This document shows, piece by piece, positions 9,314-20,320 of a DNA stretch of 64,000 nucleotides. The stretch is taken from NCBI GenBank assembly GCA_963783315.1, contig CAWAMZ010000008.1:772023-836022 (forward strand). The letters run 5' to 3'. Position 1 is the first letter of the stretch; each line of letters starts with the position of its first letter. Origin of the DNA: an uncultured Bacteroidales bacterium. Lineage in GTDB: Bacteria; Bacteroidota; Bacteroidia; Bacteroidales; DASQZP01. Made by a program: the position numbers and the translations under genes. Below the pieces are notes generated by a model. The model was not told the DNA's origin, did no database searches, and saw only the letters and a list, made by a program, of their open reading frames with translations.

Positions 9314-11329
9314 CTATTTTACCGTGATATTATATTTTTTATAGTTGACCCGGAAAAGATAAGCTGGTTCATCATCTTTGCCGCCAATCCTGTTAACCTC
9401 TTCAAACAGGCCGGGATATTTTTGTTCTGTAAAGAAAAGGAAACGTTGCACTGTATTAATTGTCCTTCCGGTTTTTTGGGCAGGAATAACCCGTAAGCTG
9501 GCCATTATCACATAGGAGACATCGTTTTTCATCAATATATGCAATAAGCTGTCGGGCATTACGGCGTATGACTGATCGGGGAATGCGGAGGCGAACTTTA
9601 AAACACTATCAGGAGTTGCATAATAATTTATCCCAAATTTATCCAGTTCATTCAACATAGAAATCCGTTTTGATGATTCGAAACTGTAAATTCCGTGTAA
9701 AACACCTCCTTCATTTACAACAGCCTGAATATCTTTCCTGTAAAAGCCATACAATTGTTCAGGAAATTTCTTTTCATAAAGTTCTTTGTAAGGAACTATA
9801 ACGGGTTTCTCTCCTTTACTTAATAACCTACTCACCAAAGAATCGGGCCTTTCAACAGGCAATCTCATAATTCCATAAAATTCATGACCATTACCATACA
9901 CAAAGGATATTGAAGGTTTACGGGAAGCTATAACATCGTTTGGTTTTACGTTTTTATCAGCCCATTCACTCATTTTAATAAAATTGACCCAATCGGGTGT
10001 AAGTCCGTCATATATGGAATGAACCTTTTGTTGTTCTTCAACTTTTTCATGCAAGCGACTGAGATCCGGGAAAAGCAGTATTACGGGAACAAGTAAAACA
10101 AGGAAAGAAAAGGATCTGAATTTTTTCTGTTGTGCAAAGTAATAAATTGTAGCGAGTAAAAACAGCAGAATCAGCGGAAAATAAGGAATAATCAGCCGGC
10201 TTTGACCCCATTGCTGCTGCAGAATTACAAAGGTCAAAAGGCAAAAAATTCCTGCATAGATGCCGGTAAAAAACAAATAATTATTCTTCTTAGCTACTTT
10301 AAATAACCCCGCCAGGTAAAGTAAATAGGTAAAAATTGTCAGTACAGGTTTCATGGTAACCGGCCTGTCGGGCCTAAGACCCAACAACGTATAAAAATGC
10401 CTTGAAATGTACATGTTTGAATTCTCCACAAATCTCTTAATATAACCTGCAAAATCCTCATTACCAGCAGCCGGGTTATAGAAATTTTTTCTCATCAGTC
10501 CTTCAGCCTGACCTTTGAAATCAAGCGCAGCATTTCCCCATAAAGCAAGTTTAATAAAATGAAACAGAGCGAAAAATATTAAAAATGAACCCAGAGTATA
10601 TAGTACCGACTTCCATTTACCTTTCAGTATAAAATAACCAATTACGGCAAAGAGTGCAGCATATCCGATACTTCGGGTATAACCCAGCAGCACAATCACA
10701 AGTCCGGTTAAAAGAAAACCTTTATAAGTTGTTTTTAAAGGAAGATTTTCACTATCGGTATCAATAAGTTTAGTAAAGACCACAATGAAGAACAGTGACT
10801 GGATAAGCATAAAAAAGGCCTCATTGTATGTCTGACTGCCATAGTAAAGAAGATGAGCATTTACAGCAATTAAAATAAAAAACGGAATTAATAATGAACC
10901 GGGAATTCTGTTTCGAAATGCTCTGAACATAAAAAAAAGAGTACCCAGCATAAAGACCAGGGATAAAGCCTTTAAAACCACTATATTTACCCCGAAAATA
11001 AGAACAAACGGACTTAGGACTATCGAATACAAAGGTCCCTGGTAACTGGGGTAACTGAACTTATGAATAAAATCATAAGCTCTGATGATGTATGTGGAAT
11101 CGTCACCTCCCGGACTAACACGCTGATCAAAGAGCAACAGACCAAAAATGGTAGCAAGAATCATAAAAGTCCAGAAAAATTTTAACTGGTGTCTGTCAAA
11201 GAAAGCATCCAGGGATTCCAGAAATGTTCTTTTTTCTGCATGATGACGATTCTTTTGCTTCCTGGAATTTTTTGTAACAGCCGCCTTCTTCCCTATTTTT
11301 GCAGCACTTTTGTTAGGTTTAGCTCCCAT
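9314..11329 (-). CDS. Polytopic GT-C-fold membrane glycosyltransferase (ArnT/PMT-like, GT39/83-like)
   Basis: 671 aa. Lys-rich N-terminus, about 12 or more hydrophobic helices, an acidic first-loop motif GGDDSTY and a soluble C-terminal domain. Confidence 0.5.
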   Translation of the reverse strand: MGAKPNKSAAKIGKKAAVTKNSRKQKNRHHAEKRTFLESLDAFFDRHQLKFFWTFMILATIFGLLLFDQRVSPGGDDSTYIIRAYDFIHKFSYPSYQGPLYSIVLSPFVLIFGVNIVVLKALSLVFMLGTLFFMFRAFRNRIPGSLLIPFFILIAVNAHLLYYGSQTYNEAFFMLIQSLFFIVVFTKLIDTDSENLPLKTTYKGFLLTGLVIVLLGYTRSIGYAALFAVIGYFILKGKWKSVLYTLGSFLIFFALFHFIKLALWGNAALDFKGQAEGLMRKNFYNPAAGNEDFAGYIKRFVENSNMYISRHFYTLLGLRPDRPVTMKPVLTIFTYLLYLAGLFKVAKKNNYLFFTGIYAGIFCLLTFVILQQQWGQSRLIIPYFPLILLFLLATIYYFAQQKKFRSFSFLVLLVPVILLFPDLSRLHEKVEEQQKVHSIYDGLTPDWVNFIKMSEWADKNVKPNDVIASRKPSISFVYGNGHEFYGIMRLPVERPDSLVSRLLSKGEKPVIVPYKELYEKKFPEQLYGFYRKDIQAVVNEGGVLHGIYSFESSKRISMLNELDKFGINYYATPDSVLKFASAFPDQSYAVMPDSLLHILMKNDVSYVIMASLRVIPAQKTGRTINTVQRFLFFTEQKYPGLFEEVNRIGGKDDEPAYLFRVNYKKYNITVK

Positions 11330-11423
11330 GGTTTTTCAAATGTGTTTTTTGGTATGCTAAAATAACAATAAAAATTACTGCTTCAAAGTGTTATCAGTGA
11401 AAATAAGTACGCCCCTTTAGATA

Positions 11424-11455
11424 CAAAAAAAGCTGCCCGGGATTGAGCAGCTTTT
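11424..11455 (-). terminator. Rho-independent terminator after the acyl-CoA dehydrogenase
   Basis: Minus strand: AAAGCTGC-N10-GCAGCTTT followed by a T tract. Confidence 0.7.
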
Positions 11456-11476
11456 AGTAATATGATCAAAGATTCT

Positions 11477-13183
11477 CTATTCGTATTTGAACTTACCCAA
11501 ATCATTCAGGGTACTGATCCTGATGTATTCAGCCTTCCCAACATTTTCGGCCCGAGCCATTTTCAGGAATATTTCCAGTGATTTCCAGTAAGAAGGTTCA
11601 CGATTGGTATCAAGAATAAGCAGGTAGCCCATTATGATATTCCCGGCCATTTCTACCATGCGGCGTGCATGAAAATCGGTAAATTCATTATTGTTGATTT
11701 CCATCACACGGTTAACTGTATTCTCATACTCTTCAGTCATTCCAATCAGAATCCTGCGATAGTTGTGTAATTCCGGTTTAATATCTTCCAGTTCATATTC
11801 ACGGATCTGTTTGAGATACCCACCGGTGGTAACACCACGAATAGCAGCTACCACCTGAAGCTGAGTGGTGCCTTCATAGATGGATGTAATGCGGGCATCG
11901 CGGTAAATTCTCTCCACCGGATAATCTTTCATAAAGCCTGAGCCCCCGTGAATTTGCAAAGCATCATAAGCGATCTGATTACAATATTCTGATGCAGTAC
12001 CCTTCAGCAGTGGAGTAAAAATATCCGCAATACGCTGATATTTCTTCATCTCATCCTTCTCTTCCTTTTCAAGAGTGCGTTCTTCAGCCAGAAATGAATA
12101 GGATTTATAAACATCAACGAAGCGGGCTGTTTCATACAACAGGGATCTGATTGCGTCCAGTTTTGCTTTCATTTTACCCAGCATCTCGTAAACAGCAGGA
12201 AATTCAATAATAGATTTCCCGAATTGTTTTCTTTCTTTGGCGTATTCAAGACCTTCGCGATAAGCAGCCTCGGCAATACCAACCGATTGTGCGCCGATTC
12301 CCAAACGGGCACCATTCATCAGGGACATTACATACTTGATAAGTCCCAGTTTACGCTGTCCTACAAGTTCTGCCGGAGCATTGGTAAACACTAGTTCGCA
12401 GGTGGGTGAACCGATGATACCCAGTTTATGCTCGATTCGACGAACTTTTACGGCATTACTTTTTTTATCATAGATAAACATAGAAAGACCACGACCATCA
12501 GTGGTACCTTCTTCACTGCGGGCCAGTACCAGTGACACATCACCATCTCCATTGGTAATAAACCTCTTGACACCATTCAGGTACCACTTCTCTTCTTTTT
12601 CGTTATAGGTGGCTTTAAGCTGGACAGCCTGCAGATCGCTTCCTGCATCAGGCTCAGTAAGATCCATGGCAGCAGTGGCTCCGCGGGAGATCATGGGCAG
12701 ATATAGCTCTTTTTGTTCTTCGGATGCAAATTCATGAATTGTTTCAGCACAATCCTGCAATCCCCAGATATTTACAAAGCCAGCGTCAGCACGAGAAACA
12801 ATATCAGCTGCCATAATGTATGGTACGATGGGAAAATTAAGTCCTTCGTACTGGCGGGGCAGTGTTATACCCATTAGTCCTGCTTTTACAAGTGCATCAA
12901 GATTTTCCTGGGTTCCCCTGGCATATTTAACATGGTTGTCTATTACTTCAGGTCCTTCAGCATCAACAGACTCGGCATTAGGTGCAACAATATTTGCACA
13001 AATGTCACCAACAATGTCAAGTACTTTATCATAATTATCCATGGCATCCTCAAAATCAACAGGAGCATAGTCATAACTATCTTTATCAGCGAAATTACGT
13101 TCTTTCAGCTCCACAATCTTTTTCATCAAAGGATGTGTAAGGTGAAATTTGAGATCCGGATTATCAGTATAAAAATTATCCAT
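11477..13183 (-). CDS. Long (568 aa) acyl-CoA dehydrogenase family protein
   Basis: ACAD middle and C-terminal motifs (RITSIYEGTTQLQ, GGSGFMKDYPVERIYRDA). Immediately downstream of etfBA. Confidence 0.85.
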   Translation of the reverse strand: MDNFYTDNPDLKFHLTHPLMKKIVELKERNFADKDSYDYAPVDFEDAMDNYDKVLDIVGDICANIVAPNAESVDAEGPEVIDNHVKYARGTQENLDALVKAGLMGITLPRQYEGLNFPIVPYIMAADIVSRADAGFVNIWGLQDCAETIHEFASEEQKELYLPMISRGATAAMDLTEPDAGSDLQAVQLKATYNEKEEKWYLNGVKRFITNGDGDVSLVLARSEEGTTDGRGLSMFIYDKKSNAVKVRRIEHKLGIIGSPTCELVFTNAPAELVGQRKLGLIKYVMSLMNGARLGIGAQSVGIAEAAYREGLEYAKERKQFGKSIIEFPAVYEMLGKMKAKLDAIRSLLYETARFVDVYKSYSFLAEERTLEKEEKDEMKKYQRIADIFTPLLKGTASEYCNQIAYDALQIHGGSGFMKDYPVERIYRDARITSIYEGTTQLQVVAAIRGVTTGGYLKQIREYELEDIKPELHNYRRILIGMTEEYENTVNRVMEINNNEFTDFHARRMVEMAGNIIMGYLLILDTNREPSYWKSLEIFLKMARAENVGKAEYIRISTLNDLGKFKYE

Positions 13184-13235
13184 GGTTATTATTGTTAGAT
13201 TATTTTTTCAAATTATGTTAGACTGATGATACAAA

Positions 13236-14255
13236 TTACTTGGTGTTTTGTCTGTAATACTTGATCATTCTTGGGATGACAGTATTCAGGTCACCGGTAA
13301 TTACATAATCGGCAATTTTATTGATGGGAGCATCCGGATCATTGTTGATAGAAATGATCATAGCTGACTCTTCCATTCCGGCTGTATGTTGTATCTGTCC
13401 TGAGATACCACATGCAATGTATAATTTCGGACGGACCGTAACGCCAGTCTGACCGATCTGCCTGTCATGACTTGCAAAGCCTGCATCAACTGCAGCACGG
13501 GAAGCACCAACTTCGGCGCCCAGCACATTTGCGAGTTGGAACAGCAAATCAAAATTTTCCTTCGAACCAACACCATAACCACCCGAAACAATAATAGAAG
13601 AGTTCTTAATATTGACTTTGGATGTCTCCATGTGACGTTCAATGATCTTTACCACAAAATCAGTATCATTGACATATTTTTTTACGTCAATCTGGTTAAC
13701 TTTTCCTTTATGGGTAGCAGAATAAATCTCCTTTTTCATTACTCCTTCCCGTACGGTTGCCATCTGAGGCCTGTGGTCAGGGTTAATAATTGTGGCAACA
13801 ATGTTCCCACCAAAAGCAGGCCTAATCTGATATAAAAGATCTTCATATACCTTCCCTGCTCTTTTGTCTTCATGTCCACCAATTTCGAGGCTGGTACAGT
13901 CAGCGGTAAGTCCGCTCTGCAATGCAGAGGAAACACGTGGACCAAGATCACGACCTATGGTAGAAGCGCCCATCAGTGCAATTTGTGGCTTTTCCTCCTT
14001 AAAAAGTTTCACAGTAATGCTGGTGTGTGGCAATGTGGTATACGGATCAAGACGCGGATCATCAGCGATGTGTACTACATCAGCTCCATAAGGGAATAAT
14101 TGATTTTCAACACCTTCAAGCTTATGACCGATTATAAGAGCCTCGAGCTTACATTTCAATTGATTTGCCAGTTTACGGCCTTTGGTAAGTAATTCCAGGC
14201 TTACATCAGAAACGGTGCCATTTTCAGTTTCGCAATAAACAAAAATATTATTCAT
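13236..14255 (-). CDS. etfA: Electron transfer flavoprotein subunit alpha
   Basis: 339 aa. FAD-binding C-terminal motif LYIACGISGQIQHTAGM. Confidence 0.92.
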   Translation of the reverse strand: MNNIFVYCETENGTVSDVSLELLTKGRKLANQLKCKLEALIIGHKLEGVENQLFPYGADVVHIADDPRLDPYTTLPHTSITVKLFKEEKPQIALMGASTIGRDLGPRVSSALQSGLTADCTSLEIGGHEDKRAGKVYEDLLYQIRPAFGGNIVATIINPDHRPQMATVREGVMKKEIYSATHKGKVNQIDVKKYVNDTDFVVKIIERHMETSKVNIKNSSIIVSGGYGVGSKENFDLLFQLANVLGAEVGASRAAVDAGFASHDRQIGQTGVTVRPKLYIACGISGQIQHTAGMEESAMIISINNDPDAPINKIADYVITGDLNTVIPRMIKYYRQNTK

Positions 14256-14307
14256 TTGATTAGTTTCGTTTGATTATAACAATAAATTAAACAGCTCATC
14301 AACCTGA

Positions 14308-15183
14308 TCAACCCAGGGTATGATTAATAATAAGTTCTTTCATCAACTCATCAATATCTTTGTCTGAATCACCAAGAACTTTAGTTTCTTTAGCCTGAAA
14401 AACGATATTTTCAATCTTTTTCACCTTTGTTGGCGAACCTGATAAGCCCAGGGCATTTACATCAGTTTCAATATCATTTACGCTCCATTCCTCTATATTA
14501 AGATAGGGCCTGTCATTGAAAATATTGATATAATCCTCAGAAGAATCCTGTCTCTCAGTAATGGTAGTAGCATGTTTAAATTTCATTACCATTTTGGCAT
14601 TTCTGGGACGGCATTCAGGTGCAGAGCTGTTAATAGTGGCCACAAGTGGCAATGTACCTTCCACTATTTCGACACCCCTTTCAAGTCTTCTTTTTATTCT
14701 TATTTTTTTACCGGAAATACTAATTATTTCCTCTGCATACGTAATTTGTGGTATACCGAGTTTTTCAGCAACCTGAGGACCAACCTGTGCTGTATCGCCG
14801 TCAATAGCCTGCCGGCCCGAGATAATAAGATCAAAATTTTTGATCTTGCGAATAGCGCATGCAAGAGCATAACTTGTTGCCAGGGTATCTGCACCGGCGA
14901 AAGCCCTGTCTGTAAGCAGGTAACCTTTGTCCGCACCCCTGTATAATCCTTCTCTAATGATCTCTGCTGCGCGGCCGGGTCCCATTGTAAGCAGGGTAAC
15001 TGTAGTTCCGGGAAACTGATCCTTTAAGCGTAAAGCCTGTTCAAGTGCATTCAGGTCTTCCGGATTAAAAATGGCAGCCAATGCAGCCCTGTTAACCGTT
15101 CCATCTGCCTTCATGGCATCTTTACCAACATTTCTGGTATCAGGCACCTGTTTGGCCAACACAATAATGTTAAGTCCTTTCAT
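14308..15183 (-). CDS. etfB: Electron transfer flavoprotein subunit beta
   Basis: The start is trimmed from the track ORF (15240) to the ATG at 15183, giving MKGLNIIVLAKQVPDT. Contains DRAFAGADTLATS and GRQAIDGDTAQVGP. Confidence 0.9.
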   Translation of the reverse strand: MKGLNIIVLAKQVPDTRNVGKDAMKADGTVNRAALAAIFNPEDLNALEQALRLKDQFPGTTVTLLTMGPGRAAEIIREGLYRGADKGYLLTDRAFAGADTLATSYALACAIRKIKNFDLIISGRQAIDGDTAQVGPQVAEKLGIPQITYAEEIISISGKKIRIKRRLERGVEIVEGTLPLVATINSSAPECRPRNAKMVMKFKHATTITERQDSSEDYINIFNDRPYLNIEEWSVNDIETDVNALGLSGSPTKVKKIENIVFQAKETKVLGDSDKDIDELMKELIINHTLG

Positions 15184-15532
15184 ATTTATCAGATTTACAT
15201 TTTTTTGGTAATAAACCGGAACAATCCGGCCAGCATACATCCGGAGCCAACAACAATTTGCTTAACCTTCCGGAAAATACCCGACAAATATAAAATAAAA
15301 ATCAAAAAGTATCTTTGTTATCTGGAATATCTCATCTCCACCACAAAACCCATAAATTTATATATCTGTATATCTGTGTTTTATATATTTATTTTAAAAA
15401 AAAGAAGTGTTTTTGTTATTTAGAATAAATAAATAATAAAATCTTATTTTTTGTTTCTGTCCAAAGTTAATCATGAGAGGAGCACTGAATGCTGCCTGTA
15501 AGAAACGGAGGGACCGGATAAGCTTTGTGAAT

Positions 15533-15560
15533 AAAAAAACCCGGGATAAATCCCGGGTTT
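15533..15560 (-). terminator. Rho-independent terminator ending the rpoBC-DUF3467 transcript
   Basis: ACCCGGGA-TTTA-TCCCGGGT followed by T7 on the minus strand, about 22 nt after the DUF3467 stop. Confidence 0.8.
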
Positions 15561-15581
15561 TCTGTATCCATATTAATGTAA

Positions 15582-15917
15582 TTAAGCCTGAGCAGTAGGA
15601 CCTCCAAAAGTGAACGGAGGTATGCCCCCTTCAGGGCCGCCTGAACCGTTTGATTTTTTTACCGGTCCGTGTACTGATTCATACTTGGAAATATTATCCT
15701 GTAAAGCATGAAGAAGGCGTTTAGCATGTTCCGGAGTCAGAATAATTCTTGATTTTACTTCCGCTTTCGGAACACCAGGCATCACCCGTATAAAATCAAG
15801 TACAAATTCGGAAGAAGAATGAGTGATTACTGCTAAATTGGAATATATTCCCTGAGCAACATCTTCCTTCAGTTCAATATTGATCTGATTCCTGTCTTTA
15901 TTCTGATCGTCTTCCAT
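15582..15917 (-). CDS. DUF3467 domain protein
   Basis: 111 aa. Core GIYSNLAVITHSSSEFVLDFI...RIILTPEHAKRLLHALQDNI. Starts 18 nt after the rpoC stop. Confidence 0.75.
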   Translation of the reverse strand: MEDDQNKDRNQINIELKEDVAQGIYSNLAVITHSSSEFVLDFIRVMPGVPKAEVKSRIILTPEHAKRLLHALQDNISKYESVHGPVKKSNGSGGPEGGIPPFTFGGPTAQA

Positions 15918-15935
15918 AGCTTACTTTTTACATTA

Positions 15936-18900
15936 TCAGTTTTGTTCGTCTTCAAGGACTTTTGCATCAACATCGCTGGCTGATTTTGCAGCAACCAGGC
16001 TGTCATATTCTTCCATTGACCCGACAATAATGTTGTTGTATTCTCTCAATCCTGTACCTGCAGGAATAAGATGACCAACAATAACATTTTCCTTCAGACC
16101 TTCAAGGTAATCAATCTTACCGAAAATTGCAGCTTCATTGAGTACTTTAGTTGTTTCCTGGAAGGAAGCAGCCGATATATAGCTCTTGGTCTGCAATGCA
16201 GCTTTGGTTATACCCTGCAGGATCTGACTGGATGTGGCAGGAACAGCATCACGAGCTTCAATAGGTTTCTGATCTCTACGTTTCAACTGTGAATTTTCAT
16301 CCCTGAGTTTACGTGCAGTAATAATCTGACCGGCTTTATGGTTAGGTGAATCACCTGGATCCACAACAACCTTCTTACCATAAATCCAGTCATTTTCATC
16401 CATGAATTCCCATTTATCAACCACCTGTTTTTCCAGGAATTTGGTATCACCCGGATCCACAATATCAACCTTGCGCATCATCTGACGAACAATTACTTCG
16501 AAATGCTTGTCATTGATTTTCACACCCTGCAAACGGTAAACTTCCTGTACTTCATTGACAATATATTCCTGAACTTTTGTAGGACCTTTGATAGCCAATA
16601 TATCAGCAGGTGTGATAGCACCATCTGATAATGGAATACCAGCGCGTACATAATCATTTTCCTGAACCAGAATCTGTTTGGAAAGGGGAACAAGATACTT
16701 TTTCACCTCACCAGTTTTTGACTGGATAATTATTTCCCGATTACCACGTTTGATCTTTCCGAAAGAAACCTCGCCATCAATTTCAGATACGACAGCAGGA
16801 TTGGATGGATTTCTTGCTTCAAAGAGCTCAGTAACCCTTGGCAGACCACCGGTGATGTCACCAGATTTACCAACGGCCCTGGGGATCTTGACAAGAATTT
16901 CACCAGCCTTAACCGAATTACCTTCATCAACAACTATATGAGCACCAACCGGAAGGTTATAAGCTTTCAGCACCTGATTATCCTTGTCCATAATGCGAAC
17001 AATAGGGTTTTTTGTTTTGTCCCTGGTTTCAATAATCACTTTTTCTTTAAACCCGGTTTGCTCATCAGATTCTTCACGGAAAGTAATACCTTCCAGAACA
17101 TTTTCAAATGAGATTTTACCGGTAGATTCAGAAATTATGACCGCATTATAGGGATCCCATTCACAAATCAGTGTACCTTTTTCGATGGTATCTCCGTTTT
17201 TAACATAGAGACGTGAACCATAAGGAATATTATGCGTGGTAAGTGCAATATTGGTATTTTTATCCACGATACGGATTTCAGCCAGTCGCCCGATAACAAC
17301 ATCAACTTTTTGTCCGTCCTTATCAAGAGTCTCAACGGTTCTGAGTTCTTCAATATCAGCAATACCGTCATATTTGGAAATCACACTTGAATCAGAAGTG
17401 ATGTTGGATGCTGTACCACCTACGTGGAATGTACGCAAAGTAAGCTGTGTACCAGGCTCACCGATTGATTGTGCCGCAATGACACCAACCGCTTCACCCA
17501 TCTGAACCATACGACCGGTTGCCAGGTTACGTCCGTAGCACTTGGCGCATACGCCTTTCTGTGATTCACAGGTAAGTACCGAACGAATTTCAACCTGCTC
17601 AATTGGAGAGTCTTCAATTATTCTTGCAAGCTCTTCTGTGAGTTCTTCGCCGGCGCCAATAATAAGTTTTCCTGTAAGAGGATGATATACATCATGAACA
17701 GTGGAACGACCCAAAATTCTTTCATAGAGCGTTTCAACCACTTCTTCATTTTTCTTGATAGGAGTAGCTACGAGACCTCTCAGTGTACCACAGTCTGATT
17801 CAGTTATAATAACATCCTGAGACACATCAACCAGCCTTCTTGTAAGATAACCCGCATCGGCAGTTTTAAGCGCGGTATCGGCAAGACCTTTACGCGCACC
17901 GTGGGTTGATATAAAGTACTCCAGCACGGATAATCCTTCTTTAAAGTTTGAAAGGATCGGGTTCTCAATAATTTCAGAACCGGTGGCACCGGATTTCTGT
18001 GGTTTTGCCATCAATCCCCTCATACCTGAAAGCTGTCGGATCTGTTCTTTGGAACCACGGGCTCCTGAATCAAGCATCATATAAACCGGATTGAACCCCT
18101 GGTTATCAGCGATTAACCTGTTCATAAGAGTCTGAGTCAGTTTTGCATTGGTATGTGTCCAGATATCAATAATCTGATTATACCGTTCATTATTGGTAAT
18201 GAAACCCATGTTATAATTGTTCAATACCTCATCAACAGCCTGGTAGCCTTCATTTACCAGTTCATTCTTCTCGGGCGGTACAATAACATCATCAAGATTA
18301 AATGATAATCCGCCTCTGAAAGCCATCTGGTAACCAAGATGTTTTATATCATCAAGGAATTTGGCTGTTTTTGCTGTACCGGTTTTCTTCAGTACCATAC
18401 CAATAATCTCTCTCAAAGATTTTTTGGTAAGTATTTCATTGATATAGCCAACCTCTTTCGGAACAACCTCATTAAAGAGCACACGACCAACGGTCGTTTC
18501 TACAAGTGTTGGTTTCATTTCACCATCGACCTCCATATCGATACGCACCTTAACCACAGCATGTAAATCAACCTTCTTCTCGTTGTAGGCAATATTAACC
18601 TCTTCCGGAGAATAGAAGATCAATCCTTCTCCTTTGACAGGATGTTCTTCAGTACTTTTGCGACCTTTGGTGATATAATACAAACCGAGAACCATATCCT
18701 GTGAAGGAACAGTCACCGGAGCACCATTAGCCGGATTCAGAATGTTGTGTGAAGCCAGCATCAGTATCTGTGCTTCCAGAATGGCAGCATTTCCAAGTGG
18801 CAAATGGACAGCCATCTGGTCACCATCAAAGTCGGCATTAAATGCAGTACAAACAAGCGGATGCAACTGAATGGCCTTTCCTTCGATCAGTTTTGGCTGG

Positions 18901-20246
18901 AAAGCCTGGATACCCAACCGGTGCAATGTAGGAGCACGGTTCAGCAGAACGGGATGCCCTTTAAGTACATTTTCCAGGATATCCCACACAACAGGATCCT
19001 TTCGATCAACTATTTTTTTGGCGGATTTAACCGTTTTCACAATTCCACGTTCGATCAGTTTTCTGATTACAAACGGTTTGTATAACTCGGCGGCCATATC
19101 TTTTGGCAGACCACATTCGTGAAGCTGAAGCTCAGGACCAACCACAATGACTGAACGGGCAGAATAATCAACCCTTTTACCAAGAAGGTTCTGACGGAAA
19201 CGGCCCTGTTTTCCCTTTAAGCTGTCACTTAATGATTTCAGGGGGCGGTTTGCATCAGTTTTTACTGCATTGGATTTTCTTGAGTTATCAAACAGTGAAT
19301 CGACAGCCTCCTGCAACATTCGTTTTTCGTTCCGAAGGATTACTTCTGGAGCTTTGATCTCTATGAGCCTTTTCAACCTGTTATTACGGATAATAACTCT
19401 TCTGTAAAGATCGTTCAGGTCAGAGGTGGCAAAACGACCACCATCAAGGGGCACCAGAGGACGGAGTTCAGGCGGAATAACCGGAACAACCTTCACTACC
19501 ATCCACTCAGGACGATTCACTCCTTTTGAAGCACGGAAAGCCTCAACAACCTGCAGTCTTTTTAACGCTTCATTTTTGCGCTGCTGAGAGGTCTCTGTAT
19601 TGGCTTTATGCCTCAGTGAATATGAAAGATCATCCAGGTCAAGCCGGGAAAGCAAAAGATGCAAGGCTTCTGCTCCCATACTTGCAATGAACTTGTTAGG
19701 ATCATTGTCATCGAGATGTTGGTTTTCTTTTGGTAATGTTTCAAGGATATCAAGGTATTCTTCTTCAGTAAGAAAGTCAAGATATTTTATACCATCTGCA
19801 GCTTTCACGCCAGGATTAATGACAACATAACGTTCATAATAAATAATGCTGTCCAGTTTTTTGGTGGGAAGGCCAATAAGATATCCTATTTTATTGGGTA
19901 ATGATTTGAAATACCAGATATGAGCAACCGGAACAACCAGGGAAATATGTCCCATACGTTCACGGCGTACCTTTTTCTCTGTAACTTCAACACCACACCT
20001 GTCGCAGACAATACCTTTGTAACGGATACGCTTGTATTTGCCGCAATGACACTCGTAATCCTTTACAGGACCGAAAATACGCTCACAGAATAATCCGTCG
20101 CGTTCCGGTTTGTAAGTACGGTAGTTAATAGTCTCAGGCTTGAGTACTTCACCACTTGAGCGTTCCAAAATCTCTTCCGGTGAAGCAAGTCCTATAGAGA
20201 TCTTTGTAAAATTACTCTTTACTTTGTTATCTCTTCTGAATGACAT
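15936..20246 (-). CDS. rpoC: DNA-directed RNA polymerase subunit beta'
   Basis: Start trimmed to the ATG at 20246 ([26 protein letters not shown]). Zn-finger CHCGKY...CDRCGVEV and catalytic [12 protein letters not shown]. Confidence 0.97.
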   Translation of the reverse strand: MSFRRDNKVKSNFTKISIGLASPEEILERSSGEVLKPETINYRTYKPERDGLFCERIFGPVKDYECHCGKYKRIRYKGIVCDRCGVEVTEKKVRRERMGHISLVVPVAHIWYFKSLPNKIGYLIGLPTKKLDSIIYYERYVVINPGVKAADGIKYLDFLTEEEYLDILETLPKENQHLDDNDPNKFIASMGAEALHLLLSRLDLDDLSYSLRHKANTETSQQRKNEALKRLQVVEAFRASKGVNRPEWMVVKVVPVIPPELRPLVPLDGGRFATSDLNDLYRRVIIRNNRLKRLIEIKAPEVILRNEKRMLQEAVDSLFDNSRKSNAVKTDANRPLKSLSDSLKGKQGRFRQNLLGKRVDYSARSVIVVGPELQLHECGLPKDMAAELYKPFVIRKLIERGIVKTVKSAKKIVDRKDPVVWDILENVLKGHPVLLNRAPTLHRLGIQAFQPKLIEGKAIQLHPLVCTAFNADFDGDQMAVHLPLGNAAILEAQILMLASHNILNPANGAPVTVPSQDMVLGLYYITKGRKSTEEHPVKGEGLIFYSPEEVNIAYNEKKVDLHAVVKVRIDMEVDGEMKPTLVETTVGRVLFNEVVPKEVGYINEILTKKSLREIIGMVLKKTGTAKTAKFLDDIKHLGYQMAFRGGLSFNLDDVIVPPEKNELVNEGYQAVDEVLNNYNMGFITNNERYNQIIDIWTHTNAKLTQTLMNRLIADNQGFNPVYMMLDSGARGSKEQIRQLSGMRGLMAKPQKSGATGSEIIENPILSNFKEGLSVLEYFISTHGARKGLADTALKTADAGYLTRRLVDVSQDVIITESDCGTLRGLVATPIKKNEEVVETLYERILGRSTVHDVYHPLTGKLIIGAGEELTEELARIIEDSPIEQVEIRSVLTCESQKGVCAKCYGRNLATGRMVQMGEAVGVIAAQSIGEPGTQLTLRTFHVGGTASNITSDSSVISKYDGIADIEELRTVETLDKDGQKVDVVIGRLAEIRIVDKNTNIALTTHNIPYGSRLYVKNGDTIEKGTLICEWDPYNAVIISESTGKISFENVLEGITFREESDEQTGFKEKVIIETRDKTKNPIVRIMDKDNQVLKAYNLPVGAHIVVDEGNSVKAGEILVKIPRAVGKSGDITGGLPRVTELFEARNPSNPAVVSEIDGEVSFGKIKRGNREIIIQSKTGEVKKYLVPLSKQILVQENDYVRAGIPLSDGAITPADILAIKGPTKVQEYIVNEVQEVYRLQGVKINDKHFEVIVRQMMRKVDIVDPGDTKFLEKQVVDKWEFMDENDWIYGKKVVVDPGDSPNHKAGQIITARKLRDENSQLKRRDQKPIEARDAVPATSSQILQGITKAALQTKSYISAASFQETTKVLNEAAIFGKIDYLEGLKENVIVGHLIPAGTGLREYNNIIVGSMEEYDSLVAAKSASDVDAKVLEDEQN

Positions 20247-20320
20247 ATGCTGAATATTAATTAAAATTAAAGATAAACATAGCATGCCAATAAGGCATGC
20301 AAGTTAACACATAAATGAAC

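Noticed and set aside
15361-15376. Tandem direct repeat tatatctg x2 in the etfB upstream spacer, with a generally AT-rich, repeat-like look.
   Set aside because: Only two 8-nt units are present in low-complexity AT-rich DNA. It is not a CRISPR or a meaningful tandem array.
15469-15582. 37-codon plus-strand sORF (MRGALNAACKKRRDRISFVNKKTRDKSRVFCIHINVIKPEQ) in the etfB / DUF3467 spacer.
   Set aside because: It reads through the DUF3467 terminator hairpin and into the 3' end of the DUF3467 gene on the opposite strand. It has no promoter box and no sign of conservation.
20282-20300. A 7-bp hairpin GCATGCC-AATAA-GGCATGC in the rpoB-rpoC spacer.
   Set aside because: The stem is real, but no U tract follows and it sits between two obligatorily co-expressed genes. 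I did not call it a terminator. It may be a minor processing or stability element.
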